Shown here: positions 9,326 to 18,618 of the stretch, piece by piece
Layout: every line of letters starts with the position of its first letter
Position numbering within the stretch: the first letter of the stretch is position 1
NCBI RefSeq assembly: GCF_963975005.1
Contig: NZ_CAXBFR010000001.1
Location: forward strand, 9,594-73,593
Reading direction: 5' to 3'
Length of the DNA: 64,000 nucleotides
Source of the DNA: an uncultured Flavobacterium sp.
GTDB lineage: Bacteria; Bacteroidota; Bacteroidia; Flavobacteriales; Flavobacteriaceae
Notes under the pieces: generated by a model
What the model was told of the DNA's origin: nothing
The model's database searches: none
Seen by the model: only the letters and a program-made list of their open reading frames with translations
Program-made: the position numbers and the translations under genes

Positions 9326-10507
9326 TTAATAACTCATTTCCACAATTTCTCTTACTTTGTCTGGAGTAATGTTTTGTTTTTCTCCTAAAGCTTTCCAGCC
9401 TCTTTCTTCAAAACGATTTACTATGAAGTCAGCAGTTTTTGAAAAATCTTCATCTGTGTTTTCAGATAATTTAGTTTTCATTCCCATAGTGTGGAAAAAA
9501 GCTACTGTTTTTTCAATCGCTTTTTCTGCAATTTCTTCTGTTGAACCTTCTTGAATATTCCAAACACGTTTTCCGTATTGCGCTAATTTGTCTTTCTTAG
9601 TTTCAAACATTATTCTGTATAAGTTTGGACCAATGATAGCTAAAGTTCTTGCATGATCAATTTCGTATAAAGCTGTTAATTCGTGACCAATCATGTGTGT
9701 TGCCCAATCTGACGGAACACCTTTCTGGATTAATCCATTTAAAGCCATTGTTGCACACCAAACAAAGTTAGAAGCCAATTTGTAGTCTTTTGGATTTTCA
9801 ACTACATCTGGACCAATTTCAACTAAAGTTTGTAAAATGCTTTCTGCTATTCTATCTTGTAAAATAGCATCATGCCTGTAAGTCAAATACTGTTCCATTG
9901 TGTGTGTAAAAGCATCTACAACACCATTTTGTAATTGTCTTTTTGGTAAAGATGTAATTACAGTTGGGTCAACAATGGAGAATTTTGGAAATAAAGCACT
10001 TCCGCCCAAAGTTAATTTTTCTTGTGTTTCGTTAATCGTAACGACTGCTCCTGAATTCATTTCTGATCCTGTTGCTGGTAAAGTTAAAACTGTTCCAAAA
10101 GGTACTACATTGTCACCTTCTTTGAAAAGAATTCTTTTTCTTAAAATTTCAGCGGCATCACCTTCGTAGTTTACAGCTGCAGAAATAAACTTTGTTCCAT
10201 CAATAACACTTCCACCACCAACTGCTAAAATAAATCCGATTTTTTGTTCGCGGACGATTTCAACAGCTTTCATTAAAGTTTCATATCTCGGATTTGGTTC
10301 TATTCCACCAAATTCTACAATATTATTTTCTTCAAATTGTGTTGCTAAAGCAGTTTTTACTTGGTCGTAAACACCATTTTTGAAAATACTTCCACCACCA
10401 TAAGTGATAAGAATTTTTGTATTTGCAGGTACTAAATCTTTTAATTTTTCAATTTGTCCTTTACCAAAGACATAATTTACTGGATTATATAATTCGAAAT
10501 TGTTCAT
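9326..10507 (-). CDS. iron-containing (group III) alcohol dehydrogenase, YqhD/butanol-dehydrogenase-like
   Basis: GGGSVIDGTK nucleotide-binding motif, His-rich metal site region (HTMEQY, HMIGHELT), 393 aa. Confidence 0.85.
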   Translation of the reverse strand: MNNFELYNPVNYVFGKGQIEKLKDLVPANTKILITYGGGSIFKNGVYDQVKTALATQFEENNIVEFGGIEPNPRYETLMKAVEIVREQKIGFILAVGGGSVIDGTKFISAAVNYEGDAAEILRKRILFKEGDNVVPFGTVLTLPATGSEMNSGAVVTINETQEKLTLGGSALFPKFSIVDPTVITSLPKRQLQNGVVDAFTHTMEQYLTYRHDAILQDRIAESILQTLVEIGPDVVENPKDYKLASNFVWCATMALNGLIQKGVPSDWATHMIGHELTALYEIDHARTLAIIGPNLYRIMFETKKDKLAQYGKRVWNIQEGSTEEIAEKAIEKTVAFFHTMGMKTKLSENTDEDFSKTADFIVNRFEERGWKALGEKQNITPDKVREIVEMSY

Positions 10508-10511
10508 TTTA

Positions 10512-11303
10512 TTATTTTTTTAATTGTTCTAATAATTTTTGAGCTACTAATTTAGAGGAAGCAGGGTTTTGACCTGTTATCAGTAAACCATCTTCAACTG
10601 CATAAGGTGCCCAATTTTCACCTTTACTATATTCTGCTCCGTTTGCTTTTAAAGCATCTTCTAATAAAAATGGAACTACTTTGGTTAAACCAACAGCTTC
10701 TTCTTCTTCATTAGTGAAACCAGTAACTTTTTTACCTTTAACTAAATACTCTCCGTTAACTTTTACATCTTTTAAAACAGCAGGTGCGTGACATACAAAA
10801 GCAACTGGTTTATTGTTTGTGTAAAATGATTCGATTAAAGATATCGAATTTTTATCAGATACTAAATCCCATAATGGTCCATGACCACCTGGATAAAATA
10901 CAGCATCATAATCGGCTTGATTTATCTCAGCTAATTTAACTGTATTTGCTAATTTTTCTTGTAACGCTGCATCAGCATCAAATCTTTTAGTGTCTTCTGT
11001 AGCTGAACTTGGATCAGCACTTTTTGGATCAATTGGAGGTTGTCCACCTAATGGGGAAGCAATTGTTATTTCTACTCCTTTGTCTGCTAATTCATAATAT
11101 GGAGCTGCAAATTCTTCTATCCAAAATCCTGTTTTTTCTCCTGTGTTTCCTAAGTCTTCGTGACTAGTTAAAACAAATAATACCTTTTTCATAGTTTCTT
11201 TTTTTGTTATTTGATTTTCTTGTGTTGTTGTTTCAGTTGTGTTTTCTTTGTCTTTACAACTTACTGACAAAATTACGATTAATGCTACTGCTATGCGTTT
11301 CAT
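10512..11303 (-). CDS. DJ-1/PfpI (type 1 glutamine amidotransferase-like) family lipoprotein
   Basis: Lipobox (LSVSC) followed by a DJ-1/PfpI core with nucleophile elbow VAFVCHAP. 4 nt upstream of the ADH gene. Confidence 0.75.
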   Translation of the reverse strand: MKRIAVALIVILSVSCKDKENTTETTTQENQITKKETMKKVLFVLTSHEDLGNTGEKTGFWIEEFAAPYYELADKGVEITIASPLGGQPPIDPKSADPSSATEDTKRFDADAALQEKLANTVKLAEINQADYDAVFYPGGHGPLWDLVSDKNSISLIESFYTNNKPVAFVCHAPAVLKDVKVNGEYLVKGKKVTGFTNEEEEAVGLTKVVPFLLEDALKANGAEYSKGENWAPYAVEDGLLITGQNPASSKLVAQKLLEQLKK

Positions 11304-11321
11304 GATTTGTTATTTATTTTA

Positions 11322-11329
11322 CAAAATTA
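11322..11329 (-). promoter_or_regulatory. -7 box TAATTTTG upstream of the DJ-1/ADH operon
   Basis: Minus-strand TAnnTTTG, 19 nt before the start at 11303. Lies in the divergent region shared with the LysR gene. Confidence 0.55.
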
Positions 11330-11390
11330 CATCATATATGGTATTAGTAAAAATAATTTAAATTATGTTTGTGATAAATATATTTATATC

Positions 11391-12290
11391 ATGGTGAGTT
11401 TAGAATGGTACAGAACTTTTAAATCCGTTTACAAAAACGAAAACTTTTCACAAGCTGCAAAAGAATTGTTTATTAGTCAACCAGCTGTTAGTCAGCAAAT
11501 AGCAATGTTGGAAGCACATGTAGGTTATAAATTATTCAATCGAAAATCAAAAGGAGTAGAACCAACAGAATATGCAAAGTTATTAAATAACTTAATTATT
11601 GAAGCATTGGATCGTTTAGAAAGTGTTGAAAATGGTTTCCGTGAAAAAGCATTTAGTTCGAATAGATTAGTTTCAGTTGGTATCTCAAAACATTTGTTTG
11701 CTAGTATCGGGACTAAACTAATTTCAAAATTTGATTTTATTGACTTTACTTATGGTGAAAATGAAGAATTATTCAATTTAGTCAATGATAAAAAAATTGA
11801 TTTTGCTATTGTAACCCAAAAATTCGTCACTTTTGATACGGTTCAAAAAGAGTTGGGGAAAATCAAGCAAATAATCGTTGCAAGTAATGATTTGGATTTA
11901 AAAGGTGTTATGAATGAAATCAAAAATCAAAAATATTCATATGTTGAAAATTGGTTAAACGAACAAAAGTGGTATAATTTTGATGCTCGAATTCCGCACG
12001 TGAAGTTGTTTTGGTTGCATGTTTTTGATAAAAAAAGACCTTCCATGGTTTCTAACTATATTATCCCATCTGAATCGGAAATGTTAGCTACTTTGGCAGA
12101 AAACTCAGGTGTTTCAGTTGTTTGGGATATTAATGCAAAGCATTACTTAAATAAAAATAAAATTCAATTGGTTTGGAATAGTTCAAAAATGCCATCCACA
12201 GAAGTTTTTTTATTGGCTCGAAAAAATGATACGTTGAATGCAGTTTTAGATGAAGTAAAAGAAGAAATTAGAACTTATATGTTAGAATAA
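11391..12290 (+). CDS. LysR family transcriptional regulator
   Basis: N-terminal wHTH (FSQAAKELFISQPAVSQQIAMLE). Start moved to the ATG at 11391, because the longer ORF-track start would overlap the divergent promoter. Confidence 0.85.
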   Translation: MVSLEWYRTFKSVYKNENFSQAAKELFISQPAVSQQIAMLEAHVGYKLFNRKSKGVEPTEYAKLLNNLIIEALDRLESVENGFREKAFSSNRLVSVGISKHLFASIGTKLISKFDFIDFTYGENEELFNLVNDKKIDFAIVTQKFVTFDTVQKELGKIKQIIVASNDLDLKGVMNEIKNQKYSYVENWLNEQKWYNFDARIPHVKLFWLHVFDKKRPSMVSNYIIPSESEMLATLAENSGVSVVWDINAKHYLNKNKIQLVWNSSKMPSTEVFLLARKNDTLNAVLDEVKEEIRTYMLE

Positions 12291-12291
12291 A

Positions 12292-12873
12292 TTACTTCTT
12301 ATAAAATAAATTATGTTCGACATATTCCCAAACTTCTTTAGGTAGCATGGGAACAATATTTTTGTCATTTTTGATGCTTTCGCGAATAAATGTCGAAGAT
12401 AATTCAACTATCGGAGCACCAATCCTGTGAATTTTAGGATGATTTACAAATTGATCATCCATTTCACCAGAATTCAATCTTGGATAAACATAAATAGCAT
12501 GATTTTTCAAGATAACTTCATAGTTTTTCCACTTGTGAAGCGAATTCAAGTTGTCTTCACCCATGATTAAAGAAAATTTGTGCTGTGGAAATTTTTCAAA
12601 CAAATGAGCTAAAGTATTTACCGTGTAATTTGGTTGAGGTAATTTGAATTCAATATCTGAAGGTTGAATTTTTGGAAAATCTTTAGTAGCCAAATGCACC
12701 ATTTCTAAACGATGATAATCATCTAAAAGTGTATTCTTCTTCTTGTGTGGATTATGAGGCGTAACAACCATCCAAATTTGATCTAAATCAGAATGTTCAG
12801 CCATATGATTGGCAATAATCATGTGACCCACATGAATTGGATTGAATGTTCCGAAATATAAACCGATTTTCAT
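12292..12873 (-). CDS. nadD: nicotinate-nucleotide adenylyltransferase
   Basis: GLYFGTFNPIHVGH (HxGH) motif. Start placed at MKIGLYFG, because the 12-codon upstream extension runs into a tandem repeat. Confidence 0.9.
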   Translation of the reverse strand: MKIGLYFGTFNPIHVGHMIIANHMAEHSDLDQIWMVVTPHNPHKKKNTLLDDYHRLEMVHLATKDFPKIQPSDIEFKLPQPNYTVNTLAHLFEKFPQHKFSLIMGEDNLNSLHKWKNYEVILKNHAIYVYPRLNSGEMDDQFVNHPKIHRIGAPIVELSSTFIRESIKNDKNIVPMLPKEVWEYVEHNLFYKK

Positions 12874-12880
12874 TTTTTTT

Positions 12881-12922
12881 GTTTCACAGAGTTTTACAAA
12901 GTTTTTCACAGAGTTTTACAAA
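12881..12922. repeat. tandem 20/22-nt direct repeat in the nadD upstream region
   Basis: GTTTCACAGAGTTTTACAAA followed by GTTTTTCACAGAGTTTTACAAA. Confidence 0.9.
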
Positions 12923-12971
12923 GTTTTGTGTCTCTTTGTGTTTAACTTAGTAATACTTTGTGCTATATTTT

Positions 12972-13550
12972 TTATTCTTTTGTCGCACAGTTAGAATTAT
13001 AAAACTCGACTATCTCATCATAGTTTTTCTTTTTAAATTCTTTTTTTTCTACTTTAGTTACTATTTCTAGACAATCTGTAAAATAAGAATTTATGAACTT
13101 TTTAAAACTATTACCTACATAACCAAAAGCGGCACATTGTTGAGCAATTTCTTCCGTTTGTTTTTTTAAATAATAAGTTGAAGAGCTTCTAAATCCACCC
13201 ATTCCACTTCCACCAAAATTTGAGCTATATTGTGTTGTGTTTTCTGTATAAAGTCTTAAAAAACCATCAGCTAATATTTCAAGTATAACAGGTTTTTTAT
13301 TTTCTTTAATAACTACATATTCAAATTTTGATTTTTTACCTTTTTTGTCTATTACTGTTGCTTCTTTAGCATTTTCATAATCATAGGTTATACTTTTTTC
13401 TTCAAGTGAAGATCTAAATTTAATTTTATTTGAAACACTTACATAGCCATTTAAAATTGTACCATCGATTAATGTAACGGTTCCTTTTTCTTTTTGTGCA
13501 AAAGAGAAATAAGTTGATAATGCAAAAATAAATAAGAGTACTTTTTTCAT
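12972..13550 (-). CDS. secreted hypothetical protein (192 aa)
   Basis: Sec signal peptide (MKKVLLFIFALSTYFSFAQ). No recognised domain. Confidence 0.5.
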   Translation of the reverse strand: MKKVLLFIFALSTYFSFAQKEKGTVTLIDGTILNGYVSVSNKIKFRSSLEEKSITYDYENAKEATVIDKKGKKSKFEYVVIKENKKPVILEILADGFLRLYTENTTQYSSNFGGSGMGGFRSSSTYYLKKQTEEIAQQCAAFGYVGNSFKKFINSYFTDCLEIVTKVEKKEFKKKNYDEIVEFYNSNCATKE

Positions 13551-13554
13551 GATT

Positions 13555-14127
13555 TTATTTTTTAATAAAATTTTTCACCAATTGATAAGCTTCTTCCTTA
13601 GCTGTATCTAAATCGTAATTTTTAATGATTTTGTCAAATTGAGGTGCAGTTGCTAATTCAACAGAAGCTTTTGCAACACGCATATTTATTTTGTCTTCAC
13701 TTTCTGTGGAACGTAATTTTAACCTTCTTTTTAATTCGTCTACGCTTGGTGGTTTTACAAAAACAGCTAAAGTTTGTTCTGGAAATTTATGTTTAATACG
13801 TAATCCACCAACAACATCAATATCAAAAATTACATGTTTTCCTAAAGCCCAAATTCGTTCAATTTCAGCTTTTAAAGTTCCGTAAAAATTATCCGTGTAA
13901 ACTTCTTCCCATTCTACAAAGTCTTCGGCTTTAATATGATTTTTAAATTCTTCCCAAGAAATGAAATAATAATCTGTACCATTAATTTCTGTTCCTCTCG
14001 GTTCACGCGTTGTACATGAAATTGAGAATTCTAAATTTAATTCTTCTTTTTCTAATAAGTGTCTTACTATGGTAGTTTTTCCAGAACCTGATGGCGCTGA
14101 GAAAACAAATAATTTTCCTTTAGTCAT
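13555..14127 (-). CDS. gmk: guanylate kinase
   Basis: P-loop SAPSGSGKTT and TTREPRGTE motif. Start placed at MTKGKLF, because the upstream MLKQVQHK codons are the translation of a palindromic repeat. Confidence 0.9.
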   Translation of the reverse strand: MTKGKLFVFSAPSGSGKTTIVRHLLEKEELNLEFSISCTTREPRGTEINGTDYYFISWEEFKNHIKAEDFVEWEEVYTDNFYGTLKAEIERIWALGKHVIFDIDVVGGLRIKHKFPEQTLAVFVKPPSVDELKRRLKLRSTESEDKINMRVAKASVELATAPQFDKIIKNYDLDTAKEEAYQLVKNFIKK

Positions 14128-14130
14128 TTT

Positions 14131-14209
14131 ATGCTGAACTTGTTTCAGCATCTCGCGATGCTTAATAATATTTAATTTGAACTTGTTTCAGCATCTTTCC
14201 ATGCTGAAA
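14131..14209. repeat. cluster of ATGCTGAA..TTCAGCAT palindromic (REP-like) elements between yicC and gmk
   Basis: ATGCTGAACTTGTTTCAGCAT (14131-14151), TGAACTTGTTTCAGCAT (14178-14194) and ATGCTGAAA (14201-14209). Alternative hairpins are possible. Confidence 0.85.
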
Positions 14210-14238
14210 ATTTATATTTTTAATCTTTATATGTGCTT

Positions 14239-15099
14239 TTAAAGCACATTCAATACTTGTTCCTTAATTTTCTCCAATTCATCTTTCATTTGCACTACTA
14301 ATTTTTGCATTTCGGTATGATTAGACTTTGAACCCATTGTATTGATTTCTCTACCAATTTCTTGGGTAATGAATCCAAGTTTTCTTCCTAAAGCTTCTTC
14401 GTTTTGCATTGTTTCTAAGAAATATTTTAAATGATTTCCTAAACGAACTCTTTCTTCTGTGATGTCATATTTCTCCAAATAAAAAATCAATTCTTGTTCA
14501 AAACGATTTTCATCAATAGTAGCTTTTAGTTCTTCTAATGCTGTGCGAAGTCTAGTTTTTACTGTTTCAACTCTTTCAGCATCATAAGAAACGGCTTCAT
14601 TCATCAAGTTTTCAATATTTGAAATTCTTAACTTAAATTCTTTTTCCAAAGAAAGCCCTTCATCACTTCTAAAAGTGGCAATATTGTCCAAAGCTTCATT
14701 AATTACTTTTTCAATTTGAAGCCATTCTGTTTTGTCTAATTCTTCGCGTTCTGTTTTTAATGCATCAGGCATTCTGACAGCCATTTTCATTAATTCAGTT
14801 TCATCTGCATTAGGAATAACTTCTTTCATTTGATTAATATATCCTTTAACAATTGGTACATTAATTTTAGCGGAAGTTTCTTCACCAGTTACTTCTATAT
14901 ATAACGAAAAATCAATTTTTCCACGTTCTAATCTTTGTGCAATTGTATTTCGAATTTGTAATTCCATTTCTCTATAAACAGAAGGAGTTCTTACGTTTAA
15001 GTCTAATCCTTTACTGTTTAATGATTTAATTTCTACTGTTATTTTTTTGTTTGATAATTGCATAAATGCTTTACCAAAACCTGTCATTGATTGTATCAT
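14239..15099 (-). CDS. yicC: YicC family protein
   Basis: MIQSMTGFG N-terminus and C-terminal SKSN..QMKDELEKIKEQVLNV are typical of YicC/DUF1732. Start chosen at MIQSMTGFG. Confidence 0.85.
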   Translation of the reverse strand: MIQSMTGFGKAFMQLSNKKITVEIKSLNSKGLDLNVRTPSVYREMELQIRNTIAQRLERGKIDFSLYIEVTGEETSAKINVPIVKGYINQMKEVIPNADETELMKMAVRMPDALKTEREELDKTEWLQIEKVINEALDNIATFRSDEGLSLEKEFKLRISNIENLMNEAVSYDAERVETVKTRLRTALEELKATIDENRFEQELIFYLEKYDITEERVRLGNHLKYFLETMQNEEALGRKLGFITQEIGREINTMGSKSNHTEMQKLVVQMKDELEKIKEQVLNVL

Positions 15100-15151
15100 A
15101 TTGTGTTTTAAAGAATTCAAAGATAATAAAAAGTGTTCAGTCTTTAGTTTT

Positions 15152-16051
15152 TTACTCTTCAGTAGTTTTTAGGTTCTTTTTATGAGTAACTAAATACACT
15201 CCAACAAAAATTAAAATAGCTGAAATTACCTTAATAAAATTAAGTTCATCTTTTTGAAGACTAATTGCAATTATTGAAGCAAATAATGGTTGTAAATAGA
15301 TAAAAACCGATAAAGTTGTAGGCTTTAATTCTTTCATTGCCATCAGATTAATTAAATAAGCTAAGAATGTTGTAAACAAAACTACAAAACCAATATTGTA
15401 ATAAATAGTAGTTGGAATGCTTTCCCAATTAATTTCTATAAATTCTTGATAGCCAAAAGGAAGTACAAACAATAATCCGAAAGTATAAATCCATTTAATA
15501 AATGTAAAAGCATGATATTTAGTGATCAGTTTTTTAATAATAATCAAATAAACGGCATAAGCTGAAGCATTAATAAAAACTAAAAAGTTACCAAAACTAG
15601 CATTTGGACTGTTTTCAATATCTTTTCCATAAAGTATTAAAATTGAAGTTCCTGTAAGTCCAATAAATATTCCAATGACTTTTTTGAGTTTAATTTTTTC
15701 TTTTAGTAGAATTGCCGATAAAATCAAAACCAAAATAGGAGCAGTAACCATAATTACTGATGCACTAATCGGTGAAGTCATGCTTAATCCCTTAAAAAAA
15801 GTCAGTTGATTTATCGCGACACCAAATAAAGCAGCTGCAATTATTCTTGGAAAATCATTTAAAGCAATTTTTTCTTTCGGACCAAAAAAGGTTAAGAGCC
15901 AAAATAAAAAAGCACCACCAATAGCTCTTATTAAAATAAAGCCATAAGGTTTTACATAAATAGGCATAACTTCTTTAGCAAAAATAAAAGTTGCACCATA
16001 AATTAAAGCGACAAATGTTGCGCCAATTAAGGCTAAGATCCTTTTAGACAT
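15152..16051 (-). CDS. EamA/DMT family transporter
   Basis: Ten hydrophobic segments in two EamA-like halves, 299 aa. Confidence 0.75.
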   Translation of the reverse strand: MSKRILALIGATFVALIYGATFIFAKEVMPIYVKPYGFILIRAIGGAFLFWLLTFFGPKEKIALNDFPRIIAAALFGVAINQLTFFKGLSMTSPISASVIMVTAPILVLILSAILLKEKIKLKKVIGIFIGLTGTSILILYGKDIENSPNASFGNFLVFINASAYAVYLIIIKKLITKYHAFTFIKWIYTFGLLFVLPFGYQEFIEINWESIPTTIYYNIGFVVLFTTFLAYLINLMAMKELKPTTLSVFIYLQPLFASIIAISLQKDELNFIKVISAILIFVGVYLVTHKKNLKTTEE

Positions 16052-16400
16052 TTTTTAAAGTCTTCATTAGTTTTAAAATATTAGGTTGTGTGTTTCCTAT
16101 AAATATTTCATTTTTTATTATAAAAACAGGTCTGCTTAAAAAGGTATAATGTTCTAAAATCAATGCTTTGTAATCGTCTTCAGTCAGTTTTTGATTTTTT
16201 AAATTTCTTTCTTTATATAATTGAGCTCTTTTACTGAACAAGGCTTCATAACTTCCAGCTAATTCGTGCATTTTTTCTATTTCTTCAACTGTAATTTTAT
16301 CTTGTCTGATGTCTTGAAATTCTAATTCAATTCCTTTTGGTAAAGATTTAATGATTTTTCTACAAGTATCACATGAAGCTAAGTAGTATATTTTATCCAT
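16044..16400 (-). CDS. ArsC/Spx family protein (arsenate reductase-like thioredoxin fold)
   Basis: N-terminal YYLASCDTCRK and ~118 aa size. Overlaps the downstream EamA gene by 8 nt. Confidence 0.65.
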   Translation of the reverse strand: MDKIYYLASCDTCRKIIKSLPKGIELEFQDIRQDKITVEEIEKMHELAGSYEALFSKRAQLYKERNLKNQKLTEDDYKALILEHYTFLSRPVFIIKNEIFIGNTQPNILKLMKTLKNV

Positions 16401-16480
16401 TTGGTCTAAAATTTTAATTTGAATGCAAAAATACGGTAGTTATTGTCTTTAAAATAATTATTTTTAACAAAATTCTACAA

Positions 16481-17626
16481 ATGAAATTCAATACTAAAAC
16501 CATACACGGTGGACAACACCATGAAAAAACAACAGGTTCAGTAATGACTCCTATTTTTCAAACATCAACTTTTGCACAAACCAGTCCAGGTAAACCTATT
16601 GGTGAATACAAATATGCAAGATCAGCAAATCCAACTAGAACAGCTTTAGAAGATTCTTTAGCAAGTATAGAAAACGGAACAAGAGGTTTAGCTTTTGCTT
16701 CGGGTTTAGCGGCTACAGATGCTGTAATGAAAATGCTAAAACCAGGTGATGATGTTATTGCGATAGACAATTTGTATGGTGGAACCTATAGGATGTTTAC
16801 CAAGGTTTATCAAGATTTTGGAATAAAGTTCCATTTTGTTGACATGACTGATTTAAAAAAGCTCGAATCTTTAATAAATAAAAAAACAAAATTAGTTTGG
16901 CTTGAAACACCTACAAATCCTTTAATGAAATTAGCTGATATTGCTGAAGTTTCTAAAATTACTAAAAGGCATAAATTACTTTTAGCTGTAGACAATACTT
17001 TTGCAACACCTTATCTGCAAAAGCCTTTGGATTTAGGTGCTGATATTGTAATGCATTCAGCAACAAAATATTTAGGAGGACATTCAGATGTGATTGCTGG
17101 TGCTTTAATCGTGAAAGATAAAGAACTCGGCGAAAAATTACATTTTACACAATTTGCAACAGGTGGAATTTTAGGACCAATGGATTGTTATTTGGTTTTA
17201 AGAGGAATCAAAACCTTACATTTGAGAATGCAACGCCATTGTGAAAATGGAATAAAAGTAGCTGAATACTTAAGCTCACATTCAGCAGTTAAAAGAGTTT
17301 ATTATCCTGGATTAGAAAGCCATCCAAATCACGATATTGCAAAAAAACAAATGATTGGTGGTTTTGGAGGAATGGTTTCATTTACTTTTAAATCTGGAAA
17401 AATGGAAGATGCTGTTGCTTTTTTTCAAAAATTAAAAGTATTTACTTTAGCAGAGTCATTAGGCGGAGTAGAATCTTTGGCAAATCATTCAGCCACTATG
17501 ACTCACGGTTCTTTAACCAAAGAAGAAAGAGCAGAAATTGGAATTACTGATGATTTAGTTCGTTTGAGTGTTGGAGTAGAAGATATAGATGATTTAATTG
17601 ATGATTTAGAGCAAGCGCTATCTTAA
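16481..17626 (+). CDS. PLP-dependent trans-sulfuration enzyme (cystathionine gamma-synthase / beta- or gamma-lyase family)
   Basis: Cys/Met metabolism PLP family pattern with SATKYLGGHSDV (PLP lysine), 381 aa. Confidence 0.85.
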   Translation: MKFNTKTIHGGQHHEKTTGSVMTPIFQTSTFAQTSPGKPIGEYKYARSANPTRTALEDSLASIENGTRGLAFASGLAATDAVMKMLKPGDDVIAIDNLYGGTYRMFTKVYQDFGIKFHFVDMTDLKKLESLINKKTKLVWLETPTNPLMKLADIAEVSKITKRHKLLLAVDNTFATPYLQKPLDLGADIVMHSATKYLGGHSDVIAGALIVKDKELGEKLHFTQFATGGILGPMDCYLVLRGIKTLHLRMQRHCENGIKVAEYLSSHSAVKRVYYPGLESHPNHDIAKKQMIGGFGGMVSFTFKSGKMEDAVAFFQKLKVFTLAESLGGVESLANHSATMTHGSLTKEERAEIGITDDLVRLSVGVEDIDDLIDDLEQALS

Positions 17627-17640
17627 AAAGAAAACTAAAA

Positions 17641-17671
17641 ACCATCGCTATCCTGTAGTGATGGTTTTTTT
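17641..17671 (+). terminator. intrinsic terminator after the trans-sulfuration gene
   Basis: 10-bp stem ACCATCGCTA / TAGTGATGGT followed by T7. Overlaps the 3' end of the convergent DUF3078-like ORF. Confidence 0.75.
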
Positions 17672-18616
17672 CTTGAATTCGTATACTATTCCTATTCCCA
17701 TAATTTGTTTTAGTTGAATTTTTGGGCCAGAAATAACTTGAATGTTATCTACTTGTTTTTTGGTTTTTATGTCGTCATCATAAATTAATTGTGTTCCGAT
17801 ACTTGCTTTTACATATTCATTTACTGTCATTTCAAACTGTATTTGCCAATTAACATCTATGTTTCCAAAATGGTTTAAATAATCAGAATATAAAGAAATG
17901 CGATTCTCAAACATAATGTTTTTATAAATTTCTGTTTCCCATTCGTTGCTAACTAAAACACCTAGTTCGGTTCTTGATTTTTTTCCTAAAGAAACTATAT
18001 TCCCATTTTCATCATAAATTGCTTTATCTACACCAAAAGCACCTTCATTTGCTAGCCTTTGATTAAGAACTAAAGTTGTTTTATGAGTTAAAGGAGATAA
18101 ATAAAATCTAAGATGTTCTTTTTTGTTAAAGTATTCAGCACCAATTCCTAAGAAAAAATAAGCAGGTGCAAAAGGAGCAGAAATAGAAACATCGGTATTT
18201 GGATAAGCATATCCATTGTAAAATTGCGTATTGAAATTAAATTTTCCGGCATAAAACCATTTTGAAATAGTATCATTCCTAAAAGAAACTGTTGAGTTAA
18301 TTTGTAATTGATCATCTGTCTTTCTCAACTCTTGTCCTTCTTGTTTGTTTATTCCATATCGAAAAATTAATTCGTTGTCCCAATTGAGTTTCTCAATATT
18401 GTAATCTCTTTTAAAATTTCCTTTCAAAAGTCCAGAAATCGAATTGTTTCCACCTGCATTCCAGTTTACAAATGAAATTTGTGAAATATCAAAACCAACT
18501 TTATTTTTTGATTTCCAATATGATATTGTGTCAGGCAATTTAGTTCTTATAACTTGAGAAAACCCATTTTGAAAAAGGAGTAATGAAGCTATGATAAATA
18601 TTATTTTTTTAAACAT
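17648..18616 (-). CDS. outer-membrane beta-barrel-like protein, DUF3078-like
   Basis: Signal peptide, alternating beta-strand pattern ending in aromatic-rich strands. Sits next to dxs, as I recall for DUF3078 genes in Flavobacteriia. Confidence 0.5.
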   Translation of the reverse strand: MFKKIIFIIASLLLFQNGFSQVIRTKLPDTISYWKSKNKVGFDISQISFVNWNAGGNNSISGLLKGNFKRDYNIEKLNWDNELIFRYGINKQEGQELRKTDDQLQINSTVSFRNDTISKWFYAGKFNFNTQFYNGYAYPNTDVSISAPFAPAYFFLGIGAEYFNKKEHLRFYLSPLTHKTTLVLNQRLANEGAFGVDKAIYDENGNIVSLGKKSRTELGVLVSNEWETEIYKNIMFENRISLYSDYLNHFGNIDVNWQIQFEMTVNEYVKASIGTQLIYDDDIKTKKQVDNIQVISGPKIQLKQIMGIGIVYEFKKKTITTG

Positions 18617-18618
18617 GT

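Noticed and set aside
14128-14151. Longer gmk start (MLKQVQHK..), and likewise the longer starts for nadD (12909), the LysR gene (11307), yicC (15120), the HMA gene (41330), DUF3127 (59843), aat (60362) and the TonB receptor (52797).
   Set aside because: The extensions run through palindromic or tandem repeats, -7 promoter boxes or the riboswitch terminator. They also precede the residues where these protein families normally begin.
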